A stretch of DNA of 64,000 nucleotides from Octopus vulgaris. Taxonomy: Eukaryota. Every line of letters starts with the position of its first letter. Within the stretch, counting starts at the first letter, position 1. The position numbers were made by a program, and so were the translations under genes. Below the pieces are notes generated by a model. That model ran no database searches, was not told the origin of the DNA, and saw nothing but the letters and a program-made list of their open reading frames with translations. Of this stretch, positions 27,586 through 38,515 are shown piece after piece. The DNA lies in NCBI GenBank assembly GCA_951406725.2, contig OX597817.1:20894001-20958000 (forward strand), in the 5' to 3' direction.

Positions 27586-29947
27586 AAACAACTGAAGAGG
27601 TCACCCAGGCACTGCAAAGACTAAGCAACTGGAAGGCACCTGGGCATGACAAGATCCCCAACTTCTGGTTGAAATATCTAACAGGAATGCACAAAAAGCT
27701 GCCTGAATGGCTCACGAAGTGGAAAACCATCTTAATTATCAAATCAAATGAAACAGAAAAACCAGAAAACTACAGACCAATAACCTGCCTCCCTACTATG
27801 TTCAAGGCATTTACTGCAGTGATATCACAAAGGCTGAACAAGCACCTGGACGAAAACAAACTGTTCCCAGAAGAGCAGAAAGGATGCCGCAAAGGCTCAT
27901 ATGGCTGTAAAGATCAACTAATGATTAATAAAGCCATAACTGAAGACAGCCAAAGATAGAAGAAAGGCCTCAGTATGGCCTGGATTGACTACAAAAAGGC
28001 GTTTGATAGCATCCCCCACACATGGATCCTCGAAACACTAGCCATTAACAAAGTAGCACCAACAATCATAAAATTCATAGAGCACTCTATGAATAAATGG
28101 CAAACAGTCCTACACCTCCAAACAAAAGAGGGACTCATGAAAACCAAAGACATCCCCATTAGAAGAGGAATATTCCAGGGAGACATACTCTCTCCACTCC
28201 TTTTCTGCTTGGCACTGTCACCTCTATCTGATATGCTAAATAGAACTGGATGCGGATATAAATGTTACGGCAAAACGATCAGCCACCTTTTATATATGGA
28301 TGACCTAAAACTATACGCTGCAAATGACAAACAGCTGGAAACACTATTAAAGACAGTTCATGGATTTACCAAATAAATAGATATGAAATTTGCATTAGAA
28401 AAATGCACAAAGTAACCATGAAAAGAGGAAAACTAGTTAAGAGTAACAACATCACACTAGATAAAACCAATGAAATAAAAGAATTAGACCAAAGCCAAAC
28501 TTACAAATACTTAGGAATCCATGAACTAGATAAGACACAACACACACAAATGAAAGAGAAAATAAAAAAAGAATATTATAGACGAGTTAGATCAATACTA
28601 AACACAGAGCTCAATGCTAAAAACAAGATAATAGGTATCAACACTTTAGCTGTCCCAGTTATAAGTTATAGCTACAATATCCTTAACTGGACACGAAATG
28701 AACTGACCAAAATAGATAGGAAATCAAGAAAAATAATGACAGGATCTAGGATGCATCACCCAAAATCTGACATAGAAAGATTATATATACAACGTATAGA
28801 AGGTGGTAGAGGCCTTATACAGCTGGAAAACTACTATAAAATAACCACCATAGGACTGCAAAAATATCTACTTCAGAAGGAAGGAAAACTGATCCAGATA
28901 GCGGCAAAACACGAGCAAAACAAAAAACTGTTCTCAGTATTTAAGGAAGCTGACAAATACAAACAAGGAATCATACCACCTAATAAACATGAAGAAGAAG
29001 AAGAAGAAGATGAAGAAACAACAAAAGCTATAAAACAAATGAAATCCAAACTAAAAATAGAACAGCAACGAACCATGATAAAACGATGGCAAGAAAAGCC
29101 CCTTCATGGTAAATACTGGACTAAACTAAACGCAAAAGAAATAGACAAAGAAAAATCCCAGCAATGGTTGAGAAGCTCAGGACTCAAAACAAAAACAGAG
29201 GGATTTTTAATTGCAGCACAAGACCAAAGCCTCCCCACCAGAAATTACCAAAAACATGTAATGAAAAGAAATATTACAAGTAACTGCAGAATATGTGGAG
29301 ATGGACAAGAAACAATAAATCATATTATCTCTAGCTGCCCAGTCCTGGCTAAGAAGGAATATATTCACAGACATGACAGAGTTGGAACCTACATACATTG
29401 GAAGCTATGCCAACATTATGGAATAACAACAGAAAAAAGATGGTATAGGCACACACCAGAAAAGGTCACAGAAAACGAGAAAGCAATCATACTCTGGGAT
29501 ATGCCAATACACACAGATAGAGAAATTAAGGCCAACAGACCAGATATAGTTGTCAGAGACCATGAAGAAAAAAATGCTTTGTAATTGATGTATCAATACC
29601 GGCTGATGACAACGTGTCTCTAAAAGAAATGGAGAAACTCTCAAAATACAAAGATCTGGAAATAGAGGTAACTAGAATGTGGAATCTGAAAACAGAAACA
29701 ATTCCTATCATAGTAGGTGCATTAGGCATGATAAAAAAATATTCAGACAAATACATAACAAAAACACCAGGACTTACAAACACATATAATATACAGAAAA
29801 TTGCACTACTAGGCACTTCACACATCCTACGCAGAACACTTTCCATACAATAACAATCAGAGCATCACAACAAATCACAGCACATACCCAAGGCACACAG
29901 AGCTGCGCTCGGTAGTGAAGTGAAAGCACGCTATAAAAATAAAACTA

Positions 29948-30032
<85 letters not shown>
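27586..30032 (+). mobile_element. 5'-truncated R4/Dong-type non-LTR retrotransposon (RT, CCHC zinc finger, restriction-like endonuclease) with (AAT)n tail
   Basis: RT motifs WKAPGHDKI, NYRPITCL, WIDYKKAFDS, GIFQGDILSPLLF, HLLYMDDLKLY, YKYLG; CRICGDGQETINHIISSC; RHD; RPDIVV...D...E..K..KY (RLE). 3' UTR to about 29950, then (AAT)n to about 30032. Confidence 0.95.
27588..29853 (+). pseudogene. RT-RLE ORF of the LINE, disrupted
   Basis: ORF pieces 27417-27959, 27975-28376, 28403-29584 and 29614-29853 are separated by stops at 27957 and 28374 and by frameshifts near 28400 and 29575. Confidence 0.9.
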
Positions 30033-30035
<3 letters not shown>

Positions 30036-30696
30036 CCCAGATGTCCGCAATTAAAGATCAAGAGAAAGCTCAAAGCTTTCTCAGAATGAATATTTTACCA
30101 GTATTTAGGAAGATGTAAGGATTATATCCACAGATATCGAAGAAGACATGCAGAAATTCTAAAGCAAAAATGCTCACCATTTGTCAAAACACTACAACAT
30201 TGTGCTTTTCCCGTCTTGCTTCAGTTACACTTCACTGGGCTTCACTGCGAAGATGGCTGATGTCATGTCACCTAAACTCATCTCCTTCCCGGCTAACGCA
30301 AACCTCTGCTCATGTTTCGCTCACCCTCACTAAGATGTCCTTTTCAAGGTTTTGCGATTAACATTCACCTTCTCGTAAATTCACGTATTTTGAATTCTCA
30401 TGTCGAAAATTGAAGAGTGAAGATCACATGCGTCACTATCATTTGACTACCGGGTCATGTGAAAGCGTTGAGAATATACCGTTAGGAATATCTAACATTC
30501 AAACAACTAATATCCTATATTTCCCAAACAATTCGAACAACTGATCATAGCTGCACAATTTACATGATAACGTACCATCCAGACTCCCAAAAGTTCTTTG
30601 GTCTCTGGTTGACAATCTTTCAGATAATTTGAAAGGTGAAATAATTGCGATATATTTATCACGTTACAATTTTTCCAAAAAAATTTTCCCCAAAAA

Positions 30697-30905
30697 AGCC
30701 ATAATTTGTGATTTCGGCACCGCTAGGTTTCCATACTTTGTGATTTTGCACCGCTGTATTTCCATACATTTTGATTTTGGCACCGCTGGCTTTCCATACT
30801 TTGTGATTTTGGCACCGCTGCCTTTCCATACTTTGTGATTTTTGCCCAGTTCGCCTTCCGTACTTTGTTATTTTGGCACCGATGGCCTTCCATACTTTAT
30901 GATTT
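30697..30905 (+). repeat. 32-bp minisatellite, ~6 units (block 1)
   Basis: Unit gattttggcaccgctggctttccatactttgt repeated head to tail. Confidence 0.92.
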
Positions 30906-31058
30906 TTCGGTAATTTTCCCCCAAAATTTTTCGAAACTGTTCATCGAAAATTTTACCCAAAAATAGATATATGTTATTGCGAGAAATAGAACTTTATGTG
31001 GCTGCTGCTGCTTTCTGTGTATATATAGAGTGAAATCTGGTTTACTACTGCACTGAAG

Positions 31059-31166
31059 ATGCCTCACCATCTACGATACACCAGATTCTGCTTTACACTT
31101 AACAACTATGACGATGTCGACGTTTATAGACTTCAGCATATGGAGTGTATTCGTTATATAGTTTTT
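31059..31166 (+). pseudogene. HUH Rep N-terminal fragment (RCR motif I, FTLNN), first of six copies; probable endogenous CRESS-DNA virus or HUH-element relic
   Basis: RFCFTLNNY followed 15 residues later by YIVF matches the circovirus/CRESS Rep start (RWCFTLNNY...Y.I.G.E...GTPHLQG); homology stops before motif II. Confidence 0.6.
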
Positions 31167-32693
31167 CGAAAATTTTTGCCGAAAATCTTCCCCAAAATTT
31201 TTTCGAAAATTTTCACAAGTAATTTTTCGAAAATTTTCAATAAAATTTTTCCGAAAATTTTCACTAAAGTTTTATCCAAAAATTTTCCGAAAATTTTCAC
31301 CAAAAATTTTCAGAAAAGTATCCCAGAAAATATTTTTCAAAAATTTTCCGAAAATTTTCACCGACAACGATGTCGAGGTTTATAGACTGCAGTATATGGA
31401 GCATATTCGTTAAATGGTTTTTCAAAAATTTTAACCGAAAACTTTAGCCAAATCTTTATCAAAAATTTTCACAAAAAATTTTTCGAAAATTTTACCGAAA
31501 AATACATTTATGTTATTGCTAAAAATAGATCTCTATGTAGCTGCTGCTACTGCTTTCTGTGTGTATATAGAGTGAATTCTTGTTTACTAATACAGTCAAG
31601 ACGCCTCACCATCCACAATACACCAGAGACTGCTTTACACTTAACATCTATGACGATGTCGACGTTTATAGAATTCAGCATATGGAGCATATTCGTTATA
31701 TGGTTTTTCTAAAATTATCACCGAAAATTTTACCCAAAAATTTTTCCGAAATTTCCAGCGAAATTTTCCCAAAAAATTTCTCGAAAATTTTACGCAAAAG
31801 TTTTTCGAAAATTTTCCCCAGTGATTTTTCGAAAATTTTCATCGAAAATTTTTCCTCAAAACTTTTTCGAAAATTTTCGCCAAAAATTTTACCCAACAAT
31901 TTTTCGAAAATTTTAACCAAAAATTTTACCCGAAAATTTTTGGAAAATTTCTCCCGAAAATCTTTCTAAATAATTGTTCGAAAATTTTCCCCGAGCTAAA
32001 AATAGATGTTATGGCTAAAAATAGATTTCCAGTTGGCTGCTGCTGCTGCTTTCTGTGTATATATCAAGTGAATTCTGGTTTACTACTACTGTCAAGATGC
32101 CTCACCATCCACGATACAACAGATTCTGCTTTACACTTAACAACTATGATGATATAGACGTTTATAGACTTCAGCATACGGAGCATATGTGTTATATGGG
32201 TTTTCGACAATTTTCACCAAAAATTTTTCGAAAATTTTCGGAAAATTTTCGCGAAAAATAGATTTCCAGTTGGCTGCTGTTGCTGCTTTCTGTGTGTATG
32301 TAATATGAATTCTGGTTTACTACTACTGTCATGATGCCTCACCATCCACAATACAGCAGATTCTGCTTTACACTTAACAACTATGACGATATAGACGTTT
32401 ATAGACATCAGCATATGGAGCATATTCGTTATATGGGTTTTCGAAGATTTTCAGAGAAAATTTCAACCAAAAGTTTTTCGAAAATTTTTGCCGATAATTT
32501 TCCTCAAAATTCTTTCGAGAATTTTAACCAAAAATTTCTCGATAATTTTCACCGAAAATTTTCCCCCGAAATTTTTAGAAAATTTTCACAAGAATTTTTC
32601 GAAAATTTTACCCAAAAGTTTTTCCAAAATTTTCACCGAAAATTTTCCACAAAAATTTTCACAAAAAATTTTCCGAAAATTTTCCCCGAACGA

Positions 32694-32905
32694 GCCATAA
32701 TTTGTGATTTCGGCACCGCTAGGTTTCCATACTTTGTGATTTTGGCACCGCTGGATTTCCACACATTTTGATTTTGGCACCGCTGGCTTTCCATACTTTG
32801 TGATTTTGGCACCGCTGCCTTTCCATACTTTGTGATTTTTGCCCAGTTCGCCTTCCGTACTTTGTTATTTTGGCACCGATGGCCTTCCATACTTTATGAT
32901 TTTTC
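32694..32905 (+). repeat. 32-bp minisatellite, ~6 units (block 2)
   Basis: Near-identical to block 1, including the same divergent fifth unit (gatttttgcccagttcgccttccgtactttgt); offset about 2.0 kb. Confidence 0.92.
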
Positions 32906-33777
32906 GGTAATTTTCCCCAAAAATTTTTCGAAAATGTTCACCGAAAATTTTACCCGAAAATACATTTATGTTATTGGTAAAAATAGCTCTCTATGTAGCT
33001 GCTGCTACTGCTTTCTGTGTATATATAGAGTGAATTCTTGTTTACTAATACAGTCAAGACGCCTCACCATCCACGATACACCAGAGACTGCTTTACACTT
33101 AACAACTATGAAGATATAGACGTTTATAGACTTCAGCATATGGAGCATATTAGTTATATGGGTTTTCGAAAATTTTCACCGAAAGTTTCAACCAAAAGTT
33201 TTTTGAAAATTTTTGCCGATAATTTTCCCCAAAAATATTTCGAAAATTTTAACCGAAATTTTTACCCGAAAATATTTGGAAAATTTGTCCCGAAAATCTT
33301 TCCAAATAATTGTTCGAAAATTTTCCCCGAGCTAAAAATAGATGTTATGGTTAAAAATTTCCAGTTGGGTGCTGCTGCTGCTTTCTGTGTATATATCAAG
33401 TGATTTCTGGTTTACTACTACTGTCAAGATGCCTCACCATCCACGATACACCAGATTCTGCTTTACACTTAACAACTATGACGATATAGACGTTTATAGA
33501 CTTCAGCATACGGAGCATATGCGTTATATGGGTTTTCGAAAATTTTCATGGAATATTTTCACCAAAAGTTTTTTTAAAATTTTAACCGAAAATTTTACCC
33601 AAATAACTATATTGCAATTGAAAGTAGATTGAGATCTCCCGTCTTGTCAGGAATTGATCTTGTCTCCGCAAATTTCTTGCAGGACACACCATAAGGTAAG
33701 TGCTGTCGTGTGATAGTTTGGTGAACGAAAATATGATTAGTAACAAGATATAAAGTTTGTAGATATATATATATATA

Positions 33778-34623
33778 CTAGCAGAATTGCCCGGCGTTGC
33801 TCGGGGCTGAATTGCTTGAAAGTACTGTTAATGATTGCACTGAATTATGATGATTATTCAGGCAAATATTGATATAAGCTTACGCTGGGAGATAAGGACT
33901 TAACGATCAAACGTGTGCCATTGCATTGTTTTGGGGGAACCAAATTTCTGATGAGCATTATAGGGACACCAACTTTAAGTTTGAGAATGTGTGGTGTTAG
34001 TCCGGGGTGCTCAAAGGAATTGAGTATCTCTATTGGATAGTTGATGACGTCCTGTGGGTCAGGAGTTGTATTGATAGACTGATATACATAGACTTCCCCA
34101 GGAATGAGTTTTAGCATTTCATCATTAATATGGTGAACAGTTTTATTCCTCGGGGCCAGTATAGCCTTTTGGCCAATCCAATCCATATTCTGATAATTAG
34201 CTTGTAGATCTTGGAACACTGCATCTCTGAGATCAGAAGGCGTCTTAACAATGGTACTAATCGAATCGATGGCAATATTACCATTTTCATCCCCTGGTAT
34301 TTTGCCTACGCCAAGTGCAAGGAGGGTTTGAGGAAATGCTGCTGATGTGATATTACGTCGCATATGAGCACGCATATTGGTGTGAAGTTTGAGAGTTACT
34401 TCCCTTTATCAAAAAAATATGCATTAAAATGGGAGAAAATGATGGTAAATTATTTGTAAAATCGTAGACTCATCGTAGACGCGCGCTAATACACAGAAGG
34501 GCTCGATATGAATCACCACTATAAGATACTCGGTTTTGGTTAAACTGCATCGCAAAATGTGGGAGTAGTTAGGAATCTAAATCGGAGTAGACAGACACAC
34601 AACCTTTCTTTTATATATGAAGA
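33778..34623 (-). mobile_element. Internally deleted Helitron (846 bp) with both termini
   Basis: On the minus strand it starts TC (tcttcatatataaaagaaagg, 34623) after an A and ends ccccgagcaacgccgggcaattctg-CTAG (33778) before a T: a canonical A|T target, GC hairpin and CTAG end. Confidence 0.88.
33854..34375 (-). pseudogene. Pif1-family helicase fragment of Helitron RepHel
   Basis: KAILAPRNKTVHHIN...P.EILNSFEHPGLTPHILKLKVGVPIMLIRNL...CNGTRLIV are typical Helitron Pif1 motifs; the ORF is open but partial. Confidence 0.9.
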
Positions 34624-34652
34624 TTTTCGTCCGTCCTAAAAAACTTTGTGCG

Positions 34653-34930
34653 GAGTTAATGGTTACCTCTATGGAAATATATACACACACATCATACATA
34701 CATGTGTGTATAGATGAATATATAAATACATTTAAATATCTATATACACTTTTGGGCGATCTTTCTGCTACTTGGATATACTTTAGATCTTATATTCGTC
34801 CAATTCGTCCTAAATAACTTGTATGGAGTGAATGGTTACCTCTATGGAAATATATACACACACATTATACATACATGTGTGTGTCTATATACACTTTTGG
34901 GCGACTGCTACTTAGAGATAACTTTAGATG
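34653..34930 (+). repeat. Local tandem duplication
   Basis: aatggttacctctatggaaatatatacacacaca...catacatgtgtgt...ctatatacacttttgggcga...tgctactt at about 34658-34790 and 34831-34930. Confidence 0.8.
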
Positions 34931-35726
34931 TGAGGTGATCTAGCAAAAAGGATGACCAGTTTGACATGCTCATCCCTGTCACACACTCACACACACGCAC
35001 ACACACAGACACACACGCACACTCACACACACACACGCACACACACACACTCACACACACGCACACACACACACACGTTAGCTTACAATTTTATTTATAT
35101 ATTTGCGTGTCTATGTGTGTAAAGAGGAAGTGGGAGTAATATGCAGAGTGAAATAGTAAAATATTGAGTTTTCTTGAATGTTTTCTGAAATGGGGGGGAA
35201 ATTGAAAGAAATTTTGTATGCTATGACCGAATGGAAGTACTTTGAAAAATCATAGGTAAACTCTAATTGAAGAAATTGTGTTTTTAGTAAATCGTTATGT
35301 ATTTATTTGTTTCTGTCTGCTGTGTTGTTTTTTTTTTTGAGTACTGGTTTAAGGTACACTTCTCTCGTTTTATATAAATACTTTCATTTTAATCGTTGCA
35401 CACTTGCAAAGAGAAAGGAGGAGAAATTAGGGTGATAGCATCAGTGAAGCAGATGGCTCCGTTTTTGCGTGTGTGCGTGTGTGTGTGCTGTAGCCCACAC
35501 TAAGAAAAGCACTTCACTTACACACCACAATGTGAGTTTTCTCTAAATTTTGCTTAATTGGGGTTGAAATTTGAAAAACTGGACCTGGCACGACCCGATG
35601 CATTCTACTCTTAAAAATGCTAAGTAGATTGTAATTGAAGAAATCCTATATTGTAGATTTCCATAAGAGACAAAGGGAGGCAGATAAAATCTGCCTTTTA
35701 TAATATATATATATATATATATATAG

Positions 35727-35762
<36 letters not shown>

Positions 35763-35959
35763 ATGTGTATTGCTTCATTGTTTTTCTCTTTGCCTTCGTA
35801 AAAATGTATGCTACCGTCATGGAGATTCTTATAGTAGTAGAAAAGGAATTTTCACTCTTATTTCTAAATTCGGTATGTAATGAAGCAATTAGCTGAACCC
35901 TAATTATAATTATGTTTATAATTATAAAATATCTGTATATATATATATATATATATATA

Positions 35960-36830
35960 AGTAGTGTTTATCGCCGCTTGAAAATGGCTGTTTCGTAGTA
36001 ACCGAGTTTGCTTCCGTTTTTTACGCTAAGAAGACGCTTCCTACAGCTAGATATCGAAGCTATATACACCCGATATATATTGTGAGCAGGGTAGCGAAAA
36101 CCTATCCCCTTAAAGCGACGGCAGGACCATCAGACTTCTGCTTTCGATCTATCTGTCCGTATCCTTAGCGTTGGACATACGTCTACTAGCGATAGCAATA
36201 GTTCACTCCAGCTCGCAATAATAGAAACTTTATTGCCAACCAGTCAGTGATTTTGCAACAAGCAAAGTAGCTACATAGGAAATCTGTATAAAAGATGAAA
36301 GTACTAAATATACTGCGAAGTAATGGTTATTACCATTTCAACATGGCTGTTCCGTAGGAATTGACTTTACAATCGTTTTTAACCCCAGGAGGACACCTCT
36401 TACAGCTGGTTATCGATGCCGTCTGCACCTGATATATATTGAAAGCAGGTTGGGGAGGGGACTTCCCTCTTCCAGCAACCACGGGATCATCGGACCGTCC
36501 GGTTTCGAGCTATTTTGCTCTTTTTCATTGGTAGACACCCGTCGGTTAGAGATAGCAGATAAGTGGTTGCAAACTCAGTGATGGTTGTCACTCACTTATT
36601 TTTCTATATATAGTGAATTGGAGCAAATTTCTGAGATCGCTGGTGGACTGGTGTCACCTATAGAGGATGAGCACAAATAGCTTGACACAGGATGGTCTGG
36701 TTGTCCTGTCCTCAATAGAAGTGGCGGGGGTTCGCTCCCCAGCTTAAAATACATATCGGATGCAGTCTGCATCAATAACCAGCTGCATGAAGGGGCGTCC
36801 TCTGGCGGCTATAAACGATAGTATATTTAA
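35960..36830. repeat. Three diverged ~220 bp repeats (two direct, one inverted), possibly Penelope pseudo-LTR relics
   Basis: Shared motifs atggctgt..cgtag, tacagct.g.tatcga, gatatatattg..agcagg in 35960-36200 and 36325-36560; an inverted third copy at about 36625-36830 (catcaataaccagctg vs catcgataaccagctg). Confidence 0.65.
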
Positions 36831-37527
36831 AGTGGTGATAAACATTACTTCTCGTCTGTGTGTGTCTGTGTGGTTATATATTAATATATATATATACATA
36901 TTTGTACTTACACTTACCCATAAATTTATATACACGTATATATATGGCGTTTACAACACTCTTCAATAATTCATACACAAAAATAGTAAAGTATAATTTG
37001 AAAAAAAATTATGAATATATAAGAAACCATATTAAGTAGCTATACTCATGTCTCCTCGAAATTGCAATAGCGCGGAACTTAACCTTGTTTAACAGAACAT
37101 ATTTGATTATGATGATGATGAGGAGGAGGAGGCTGGGTGGGTGGGGGATTATGTCGATATATATATATATATATATATAAGTACATGTATGTAGGCCCAG
37201 AATTATCGGTGAAGAATGCAATATTTCTATATCCAAATAAGTGAGTACAAAAACTATATTTAAGTCAATAAAACAAATACTTCATTTACTGAAAAGATAG
37301 ATATTAAATAAAAAAGATACGTCTCTTTTCACGCAAGTGGAGATTCCGGATATCTATTGAAAATTCCTACACTTTCTCGCCGAGTTAAACCAGTGCAGTT
37401 GTTGAAGTTTCGAATAAATTGGTTTTTATGATAATCATAGAGGATAGTCCATTCCCATACTCATTCTTTTGCTACATGCACATTGATGCACTCACACACC
37501 CGCACTAATAAAGAGACATACATACAT

Positions 37528-37622
<95 letters not shown>

Positions 37623-37862
37623 CTTATACATACGAACATACACAAGCACCATCTCTGTGTATGTATAAATGTTTATGCGTATTTGTGTATGTGTTAGATG
37701 CGCAAAATGCTGTGCTTTCGATGATTTTAATGAAATTACTCTGGTGCACTCAATGTAGATTACATGGTTCATTCTCTCAAGAAGGAGATCTTTATTTCGC
37801 CAATAATTTCCTATACTCATCAAACCCAGTTTTATCTGTTCTGTGTGTGTGTACATATATAC

Positions 37863-37906
<44 letters not shown>

Positions 37907-38471
37907 ACACACATATATATATGCACAAACACACACATATGTATACTTATATATGTGCATATATATCTATATACATATGTTTTTGTACATATACTTATAT
38001 ATATGTACTTATAAATATGCACGTATATATGTAAGTATATTAGTGTGTGTGTGTGTGTGTGTGTGTGTGAGTGTGCTTGTGTTTTTCTGTCTGTCTATCT
38101 GACTGTCTGCCTGTCTGCTTACAAAGGAGATGTATGCATTTTTCTGATGTATATAGGTACATATATGCTAACGTGAAATTAGAGTCAAAGTTGATAAACA
38201 GTACTTGAAAATTTCTTCACGTACACTTGTAAAATCGTTTTGAAATTGGTTACAAAATCAGTCATTTATATATTAAATGGCATATGTAAATTTCTTATTT
38301 TTTTCTTCTTTATCCTTTCTGATTCTACTTCCTAACGTCACCTTTACGCCTATATAGAGAGTTTATGGGTAGGACACGTTCTCTCAGCACTAGCGCTCGC
38401 ACACACATAAACATATATATATGTAAATATAAATATTTACAAGCGCACTTATCTGCCTTATACGAATGATG

Positions 38472-38515
<44 letters not shown>

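Larger units (their letters stand above)
30665..33600 (+). repeat. Higher-order tandem array of CRESS/circovirus-Rep-like N-terminal cassettes with AAAATTTT spacers
   Basis: Six 108-nt cassettes at 31059, 31601, 32097, 32334, 33059 and 33429 plus a partial one at about 31367-31422; consensus MPHHPRYTRFCFTLNNYDDIDVYRLQHMEHIRYM(V/G)F; spacers consist of degenerate ~11-13 bp ccgaaaattttc units. Confidence 0.9.

Noticed and set aside
27417-27587. Poly-Asn N-terminus fused to the RT ORF
   Set aside because: It is the (AAT)n target site in frame by chance with a 5'-truncated LINE.
30697-30905. 32-bp repeats as a CRISPR array
   Set aside because: The units are contiguous with no unique spacers, there are no cas genes, and the context is eukaryotic.
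31059-34375. Rep-like cassettes plus the Pif1 ORF as a single Rep-helicase gene
   Set aside because: They are on opposite strands, the helicase lies inside a Helitron with its own complete termini, and CRESS Reps use SF3 rather than Pif1 helicases.
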